The position numbers and the translations under genes are program-made. 56,986 nucleotides of DNA, taken from IMG/VR virus record IMGVR_UViG_3300021964_008614, positions 1 to 56,986 of that record; one strand, given 5' to 3'. This DNA is from a virus (Duplodnaviria; Caudoviricetes). Below are positions 50,863 to 56,986 of this stretch, piece by piece (the first letter of the stretch is position 1; every line of letters begins with the position of its first letter). The notes under the pieces are model-generated. The model was not told the DNA's origin and did no database searches. It saw only the letters and a program-made list of their open reading frames with translations.

Positions 50863-52620
50863 ATGAGTTGGAAAAGATATTTTACAAATGTCCCGACTGG
50901 CGACAACGACATGGGAAATATGAGTCCATTTAGTGGTCGTGGCGGATCACAACCAGGACCTGCTCGTTCAAACTATTCCTCTTATCTTCCAGATGTCTAT
51001 GTAGGATCACCAAATCGTGTTGAAAGATATGGGCAATATAATGTAATGGACAACGATAGTGAAGTAAATGCGGCACTTGATATACTTGCTGAATTTTGTT
51101 CACAGAAAAACGGATCAAATCACACAAGTTTTAATTTACATTTTAATAAAAAAGGAACCAATTCTGAAGTACAAGTATTAAGCCAATACTTACAGATGTG
51201 GAGCAAACTGCAAAAATTCGATACTAAAATGTTTCGTATCTTACGTAATGTATTCAAATATGGAGATGCATTTTTCGTAAGAGATCCTGAAACTAAAAAA
51301 TGGTTCTATATTGATCCTGCTAAAGTTTCACGTATTATTGTAAACGAAAGCGAAGGTAAAAAACCAGAACAATATATTATCAAAGATATTAATTTTAATT
51401 TTAGAGACCAAGTAATTACCGATCCTTACATAACCTCAGGAAATGTTACAGGCGGTGGAGCGTCACAACCTGCAACTGGATATCAGTCAGGCGGCGCACA
51501 AGGAATGGTAGGCAATACTGGAACTTCTCAAGCAGGTTCAAGATTTCAAACAGGACAACAAGAAGTTGCAATTGATGCAGAACATGTTGTGCATCTAAGT
51601 CTATCAGAAGGATTAGACAACAACTATCCGTTTGGTAATTCATTGCTTGAAAGCATTTTTAAAGTTTACAAACAAAAAGAATTACTTGAAGACGCAATTA
51701 TTATTTACAGAACACAAAGAGCACCAGAAAGACGTGTGTTTTATATTGATGTAGGTAATATGCCATCACACTTAGCAATGCAATTTGTAGAACGTGTTAA
51801 AACAGAAATACATCAAAGACGTATTCCGAGTAGCACAGGTGGTTCTACAAGTGTTATTGATAGTGCATATAATCCATTGTCAACAAATGAGGATTACTTC
51901 TTTCCGCAAACAGCAGAAGGACGTGGATCTAAAGTTGAAACATTGCCGGGTGGTACTAACTTAGGCGAAATTGATGACTTAAAATACTTTACTAATAAAC
52001 TTATTAGAGGTTTACGTATTCCAAGTAGTTACTTGCCAACAGCGGCACAAGATGAAGGACAAAGTCAACACAATGACGGTAGAGTAGGCACAGCATACAT
52101 TCAAGAACTAAGATTCAACAAATACTGCGAACGCTTACAAAGTCTTGTAACAGAAGAATTTAATCAAGAGTTTAAACGTTACTTGTTAGAAAAGGGTGTA
52201 AACATTGATATTAGTATGTTTGATCTTAGATTACAGGAACCTATGAACTTTGCAAGTTATAGACAATCAGAACTTGACAATGTACGTATACCAACATTTA
52301 CACAGATTCAAGCAATTCCGTTTTTATCAAACCGCTATGCAATGAAACGATTCTTAGGGTTATCTGAAGAAGAAATTGCAGAAAACGAAAGAATGTGGAG
52401 AGAAGAAAACGATGAAAACCTACAACCATTACCAACCGACGCCGCAGGTGAAATGCGTGGTGTTGGCATAAGTGGTGCAGGCATAGGCGGAGACTTAGGC
52501 GGAATGGAAGATGTTGATCCAGAAGCAGAACCAGCGCCAGTAGATGGTGGAGCGGCGGCGGCACCAGATACTACTACAGCGGCACCTCCAGGTGGCGCAA
52601 CAGAGACACCTCCAGCATAA
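50863..52620 (+). CDS. Portal protein, T4 gp20-like
   Basis: LLEDAIIIYR..RAPERRVFYIDVGNMP, EDYFFP..AEGRGSKVETLPGG.NLGEIDD and LRIPSSYL. Confidence 0.95.
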   Translation: MSWKRYFTNVPTGDNDMGNMSPFSGRGGSQPGPARSNYSSYLPDVYVGSPNRVERYGQYNVMDNDSEVNAALDILAEFCSQKNGSNHTSFNLHFNKKGTNSEVQVLSQYLQMWSKLQKFDTKMFRILRNVFKYGDAFFVRDPETKKWFYIDPAKVSRIIVNESEGKKPEQYIIKDINFNFRDQVITDPYITSGNVTGGGASQPATGYQSGGAQGMVGNTGTSQAGSRFQTGQQEVAIDAEHVVHLSLSEGLDNNYPFGNSLLESIFKVYKQKELLEDAIIIYRTQRAPERRVFYIDVGNMPSHLAMQFVERVKTEIHQRRIPSSTGGSTSVIDSAYNPLSTNEDYFFPQTAEGRGSKVETLPGGTNLGEIDDLKYFTNKLIRGLRIPSSYLPTAAQDEGQSQHNDGRVGTAYIQELRFNKYCERLQSLVTEEFNQEFKRYLLEKGVNIDISMFDLRLQEPMNFASYRQSELDNVRIPTFTQIQAIPFLSNRYAMKRFLGLSEEEIAENERMWREENDENLQPLPTDAAGEMRGVGISGAGIGGDLGGMEDVDPEAEPAPVDGGAAAAPDTTTAAPPGGATETPPA

Positions 52621-52623
52621 TAG

Positions 52624-52631
52624 GATAAATA
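52624..52631 (+). promoter_or_regulatory. T4-type late promoter (GATAAATA)
   Basis: Just after the portal stop, 5 nt before the ATG. Confidence 0.65.
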
Positions 52632-52636
52632 GTTAC

Positions 52637-52876
52637 ATGATACTCAGAGAATTATTTTATTTTGATAAAGAAACACTTGAACCGGTAGAAGACAAGTCTT
52701 ATGATCCTGTAGACGATGAATCTATTATTAAAGTAGATGACACTCGCAAAACAAGATTAACACTTCGTCAGATTAATAAAGCACGTAGAGCATCTGAATT
52801 TCACAAAGAAGAACAACAAAAAGAATTACACTTTGTAAAGCAGATGTACGGTATTGCTTCACAACCTGAAGTTTAA
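52637..52876 (+). CDS. Small conserved head-module protein
   Basis: MILRELFYF...DTRKTRLTLRQINKAR...KQMYG. The ATG at 52637 lies 5 nt after TAAATA; the longer ORF call overlaps the portal gene. Confidence 0.7.
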   Translation: MILRELFYFDKETLEPVEDKSYDPVDDESIIKVDDTRKTRLTLRQINKARRASEFHKEEQQKELHFVKQMYGIASQPEV

Positions 52877-52889
52877 CGGAGTATAACAA

Positions 52890-53486
52890 ATGTCTACAGC
52901 ATTTGTTGTCGGTAACGGAACCAGCAGAAAATCTATTGATTTATCCCCTTTAAAAAACATTGGACCTGTGTATGGTTGCAATGCACTCTATAGAGACTTT
53001 GAACCAGACCATCTTGTAGCAGTTGATGCAAAGATGATACTTGAAATTGCTAAAACTGGTTGGCAAAAAACACACAAAGTTTATACAAATCACAACAAGA
53101 TGTTTGCTGAAATACAAAATCTCAAGATTATGAATCCAAGCAAAGGATGGAGTAGCGGACCTACAGCATTAGATTTAGCAACAGAACACAAACACGAGTT
53201 AATCTATATTTTAGGCTTTGATTTTAAAGGCACTACAGGCACAGGACAAGCAGGCGATTTAGTAAATAATCTGTATGCAGGAAGTTTTAATTATAAGCGT
53301 CCTACAGATCCTGCTACATATTTTGGTAACTGGGAACGACAAGTTGGCATTATATTGCAAAGAAATAGCAAAACGAGATATATAAGAGTAGTAGAAGAAG
53401 GAGATATTTTCGTACCGAAAAGTTTACAAAAATTCTCAAATCTAAAGCACATTACAGTGAATGAATTCAAAAAATCATTCAACTAA
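52890..53486 (+). CDS. Rossmann-like transferase (sialyltransferase/MAF/MptE-like)
   Basis: VVGNGTSR, YGCNALYRD..PDHLVAVD, SSGPTAL and IYILGFDF. Confidence 0.6.
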   Translation: MSTAFVVGNGTSRKSIDLSPLKNIGPVYGCNALYRDFEPDHLVAVDAKMILEIAKTGWQKTHKVYTNHNKMFAEIQNLKIMNPSKGWSSGPTALDLATEHKHELIYILGFDFKGTTGTGQAGDLVNNLYAGSFNYKRPTDPATYFGNWERQVGIILQRNSKTRYIRVVEEGDIFVPKSLQKFSNLKHITVNEFKKSFN

Positions 53487-53549
53487 TCACATTAAGGTTT
53501 CAAAATCCCGCATTTTGAGCCTATATTCAGCGTATATTCTTCATTATAT

Positions 53550-53556
53550 GTAAATA
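53550..53556 (+). promoter_or_regulatory. T4-type late promoter (GTAAATA)
   Basis: Intergenic, upstream of the scaffold-protease-capsid operon. Confidence 0.6.
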
Positions 53557-53601
53557 TTATTGACAGCCTTACCATATTAAACACTTATAGGAGGTACTAA
53601 A

Positions 53602-54576
53602 ATGGCAGACCGTAATAAATTCGAGGAAATGCTCGAAAAATTAGTTAACGAAGATCGTAAAGGTGCAGAAGAACTGTTCCACGAGATCGTAGTTGAAAAA
53701 TCAAGAACAATTTATGAAAATCTACTTGAAGACGACATGGAAGACTTAGACGTTAAAGAAGCATCTAAAGATGATGAAAAAGACGATGAGGATGACAAAG
53801 AAGTAGATGAAGCGTCAGATAATGACGACGAAGAAACTAACGAAGCAACTGACGAAGATGAAAAAACTGACGAGTCAAAAGACGAAGAAGTTGACGAAGC
53901 ATCAAAAGATGAAGAAGTTGCTGAGGAAATTCCAACAGAATTAACACCAGAAGGTGACGACGACATGGGCGGTGATCCAGCAGACGATATGATGGCTGAC
54001 ATCGAAGATGACGCTGAAGGCGAAGACAAGCCAGAAGGCGATGAAGAAATCGAAGATCGTGTTGTAGACCTTGAAGACGCATTAGACGACCTTAAGTCAG
54101 AATTTGAAGCAATGATGGCAGACAAAGGTGAAGAAAGCGACGATGGTGAAGAAGACTCAGAAGCACCAATGGACGATATGGACATGGGTGACGAAGAGAA
54201 GGAAGACGAGGCATTTGAGCCTGCTTCCGAACTTAGCGTAGATGAAGTACCAGCATTTGAAGGTACTAAGTCACAAGCAGAGCAAATGAGAGAGTATGTT
54301 GAAAAAGTTGCTGAGCCAAAAGGCGAAGATAACAAAGCAAAATCTCCAGTTGCTGGCAAAAATGACATGGGTGGAACAACAGCAAATATTGCAAAAGGTT
54401 CAGCAGAAGAAAAAGGCGGAACTGGTGCAAGTGCTCCTAAAGAAGAAAACGCAGGGAACGTAAATGTACCAGGCGGAAAGGCTTCTAAGTCAATGTCAAA
54501 CGCTAAAGGCCACGGCGCAGAGAAAAAAGGCGCAGGCGAAACTGGAGCCGATGCTAAAAGCATTATTGGCTCTTAA
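53602..54576 (+). CDS. Highly acidic prohead core/scaffold-like protein
   Basis: Asp/Glu-rich low-complexity 324-aa ORF with strong AGGAGG SD, located just upstream of the protease. Confidence 0.7.
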   Translation: MADRNKFEEMLEKLVNEDRKGAEELFHEIVVEKSRTIYENLLEDDMEDLDVKEASKDDEKDDEDDKEVDEASDNDDEETNEATDEDEKTDESKDEEVDEASKDEEVAEEIPTELTPEGDDDMGGDPADDMMADIEDDAEGEDKPEGDEEIEDRVVDLEDALDDLKSEFEAMMADKGEESDDGEEDSEAPMDDMDMGDEEKEDEAFEPASELSVDEVPAFEGTKSQAEQMREYVEKVAEPKGEDNKAKSPVAGKNDMGGTTANIAKGSAEEKGGTGASAPKEENAGNVNVPGGKASKSMSNAKGHGAEKKGAGETGADAKSIIGS

Positions 54577-54593
54577 TTGTTGAGGAATAATAA

Positions 54594-55211
54594 GTGATTA
54601 ACTTACGAGAGAACTTGACATTCGACCAGGCACAAATGGTCATTGAATCTACTGAAGATGGCAAAGACCTTCATTTAAAAGGTATTTGTATCCAAGGAGG
54701 AGTGCGTAACGCCAACCAGCGTGTGTACCCTGTTAGTGAAATCAGTAGGGCTGTCAACACTCTCAACGATCAAATAACCGGTGGATATTCAGTTCTTGGA
54801 GAAGTGGATCACCCAGAAGGACTCAACATAAACCTTGACCGCGTGTCCCACATGATTAAAGAAATGTGGATGGATGGACCGAATGGTTATGGAAAGATGA
54901 AGATATTACCTACACCGATGGGACAACTTGTTAAAACAATGCTGGAAAGCGGAGTTAAACTTGGTGTCTCATCACGTGGTAGTGGAAACGTAAACGAGGA
55001 CAACAATGTAAGTGATTTTGAAATCATCACAGTAGATGTTGTGGCTCAGCCATCTGCTCCTGGTGCATATCCAACACCAATTTACGAGCATTTGATGAAT
55101 ACCCGAGGCGGTATGCAGGCATTTAACATGGCCCGCGAAGTTCAAGGCGACACAAAGGCACAAAAATATTTAAAAGAATCACTTGTAAATATTATACAAG
55201 GGTTGAAATAA
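54594..55211 (+). CDS. Prohead protease, T4 gp21-like
   Basis: GICIQG..RNANQRVYP, GEVDHP, NLDRVSH, LGVSSRGSG and DVVAQPSAPGA. Confidence 0.93.
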   Translation: MINLRENLTFDQAQMVIESTEDGKDLHLKGICIQGGVRNANQRVYPVSEISRAVNTLNDQITGGYSVLGEVDHPEGLNINLDRVSHMIKEMWMDGPNGYGKMKILPTPMGQLVKTMLESGVKLGVSSRGSGNVNEDNNVSDFEIITVDVVAQPSAPGAYPTPIYEHLMNTRGGMQAFNMAREVQGDTKAQKYLKESLVNIIQGLK

Positions 55212-55221
55212 GGAGAACAAG

Positions 55222-56325
55222 ATGTTGGAAGCACTGAAATCACTTTTTGAAAACAATGCTATTTCGGAAGAAATTAAAGCCGACATTGAAGAAGCGTGGA
55301 ACGCCAAGGTTAACGAAAACCGTATGCAGGCTACAGCAGAACTTCGCGAAGAATTTGCCAAAAAGTATGAACACGATAAATCAACTATGGTTGAAGCCGT
55401 GGAAAAAATGCTTGAAGACAGATTAGGCGCAGAGATTGCAGAATTTGCAGATGACCGTTCTAAACTTGCCGAAGCAAGAGCAAAGTACCATGTAGCAATG
55501 CGTGAAAACGCAGACCTAATGAAAAACTTTGTTGTACAGCAGTTAGGCAAGGAAGTTTCTGAACTACACGAAGACCAAAAAGCAATGTCAAATAAATTTG
55601 GCAAACTTGAGGAATTTGTTGTAGAGGCTTTAGCAAAAGAAATTGCAGAGTTTCATGAAGATAAAAAAGATCTTGCAGAAACTAAGGTTCGACTTATTCG
55701 CGAAGCGAAGAAACATTTTGATACTGTTAAAGAGTCTTTCATTAAGAAAGGCGCAAAAGTTGTTGAAAATACTGTTGCAAAAACTCTTACAAAAGAGATT
55801 ACATCTCTTAAAGAAGATATTGATGCGGCACGTAAAAATGACTTTGGACGTAAATTATTTGAAACGTTTGCAGATGAATACCAGTCTTCTTACTTAAACG
55901 AGAAGAGTGAAACTGCAAAATTATTAAAAGTAGTTGAGTTAAAAGACAAGCAACTTGCAGAATCAAAACAAATCGCTGAAGAAAAAGCGAAATTAGTTGA
56001 ATCTAAAGATGCACAATTAAGATCTGCATCAGATAATGCAAAAAGAAAAGACATAATTTCTGAACTAACTGCTCCATTGAGCAAAGATCAGAAAGAAATT
56101 ATGATGGACTTACTGGAGTCTGTACAAACTGACAATATTCAAAAACAGTTTGACAAGTATCTACCTTCTGTAATTGACGGTAATACTCCAGAAAAGAAGA
56201 AGGCAACGCTCACTGAGGCAACTGAAGTAACAGGCAACAAAGAAGAATCTAACGTTAGAAATGGCGCAAGTAATTCTGCAACAGATAATGTCGTAGATAT
56301 TAGAAGACTTGCAGGATTAAAATAA
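55222..56325 (+). CDS. Prohead core scaffold protein, T4 gp22-like
   Basis: Coiled-coil Glu/Lys-rich protein between the protease and the capsid gene. Confidence 0.8.
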   Translation: MLEALKSLFENNAISEEIKADIEEAWNAKVNENRMQATAELREEFAKKYEHDKSTMVEAVEKMLEDRLGAEIAEFADDRSKLAEARAKYHVAMRENADLMKNFVVQQLGKEVSELHEDQKAMSNKFGKLEEFVVEALAKEIAEFHEDKKDLAETKVRLIREAKKHFDTVKESFIKKGAKVVENTVAKTLTKEITSLKEDIDAARKNDFGRKLFETFADEYQSSYLNEKSETAKLLKVVELKDKQLAESKQIAEEKAKLVESKDAQLRSASDNAKRKDIISELTAPLSKDQKEIMMDLLESVQTDNIQKQFDKYLPSVIDGNTPEKKKATLTEATEVTGNKEESNVRNGASNSATDNVVDIRRLAGLK

Positions 56326-56335
56326 GGAGAAAATA

Positions 56336-56986
56336 ATGTCAGAACTATTAGAAAGTAGATGGCAGGAAACTAAGAGCGCATTACTTGAAGGCCTACAAGG
56401 CACGAAGAAATCTGTGATGAATGCTACTTTGGAAAATACTAAAAGGTATTTGGCAGAGACAGCAACAGCAGGTGCTACTTCAGCAGGTAACGTTGCAACT
56501 TTAAACAGAGTTATCCTACCAGTAATAAGAAGGGTCATGCCTACAGTGATCGCTAACGAAATCGTTGGTGTTCAACCTATGACAGGACCAGTGGGTCAAA
56601 TCCACACATTGAGAGTACGTTACTCGGATACATTCGATGACGTAACAGCAGGCGAAGAGGCTCTATCACCGTTTAACATTGGCTTAGGCTATTCAGGTGG
56701 TGGATCAACTGATAAAGCAGACGCAACAGCAACACTTGAAGGTACTGCTGGTAAGCGTATGTCGATTCAGATCTTAAAACAAACAGTCGAAGCGAAAACT
56801 CGTAAATTGAGTGCTCGTTGGACTTTTGAGTCTGCACAAGACGCACAAGCACAACAAGGTATCGACGTTGAAGCAGAAATTATGGCGGCTTTAGCACAAG
56901 AAATTACTGCTGAAATCGATCAAGAAATTCTTGCTTCATTAAGAAACCTTGCTGGTTCTGCTGAAACAGACGTTCAGTATGATCAA
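56336..56986 (+). CDS. Major capsid protein, T4 gp23-like (3'-truncated; absent from the ORF track)
   Basis: AAGGAG SD, then MSELLESRWQETK...ILPVIRRVMPTVIANEIVGVQPMTGPVGQIHTLRVRY...KTRKLSARWTFE.AQD...EITAEIDQEI. Confidence 0.95.
   Translation, partial: MSELLESRWQETKSALLEGLQGTKKSVMNATLENTKRYLAETATAGATSAGNVATLNRVILPVIRRVMPTVIANEIVGVQPMTGPVGQIHTLRVRYSDTFDDVTAGEEALSPFNIGLGYSGGGSTDKADATATLEGTAGKRMSIQILKQTVEAKTRKLSARWTFESAQDAQAQQGIDVEAEIMAALAQEITAEIDQEILASLRNLAGSAETDVQYDQ

Noticed and set aside
53712-54563. 283-aa Ser-rich antisense ORF
   Set aside because: It is a shadow of the GAA/GAT/GAC-rich acidic gene and has no start signals.

Overview
This is a gene-dense, AT-rich fragment of a large T4-like (myovirus-type) bacteriophage genome that uses the standard genetic code. 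Left to right it contains: (1) 1-7339, an accessory modification cluster (amidinotransferase, two 2OG-Fe(II)/cupin-like enzymes, a radical SAM enzyme, several glycosyltransferase-like genes); (2) 7336-39144, a minus-strand tail/baseplate module (three paralogous fibre proteins, a 4959-aa virion protein, gp6-, gp25-, gp5-, gp53- and gp48/54-like genes); (3) 39226-43544, a gp55-like late sigma factor, the gp47/gp46 recombination nuclease and a GIY-YIG endonuclease; (4) 43545-43981, a ~430-nt ORF-free, highly structured segment that looks like an unrecognised non-coding RNA; (5) 44421-56986, candidate internal head proteins, a gp26/gp51-like pair joined by a predicted -1 frameshift, a tape-measure-like protein, and the head module (portal, scaffolds, prohead protease, start of the major capsid gene). 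The most notable signals are the structured RNA behind the GIY-YIG gene, the predicted frameshift, late promoters positioned to give leaderless mRNAs, and an extra upstream element at some late promoters. All calls come from reading motifs by eye; no database searches or folding programs were run.
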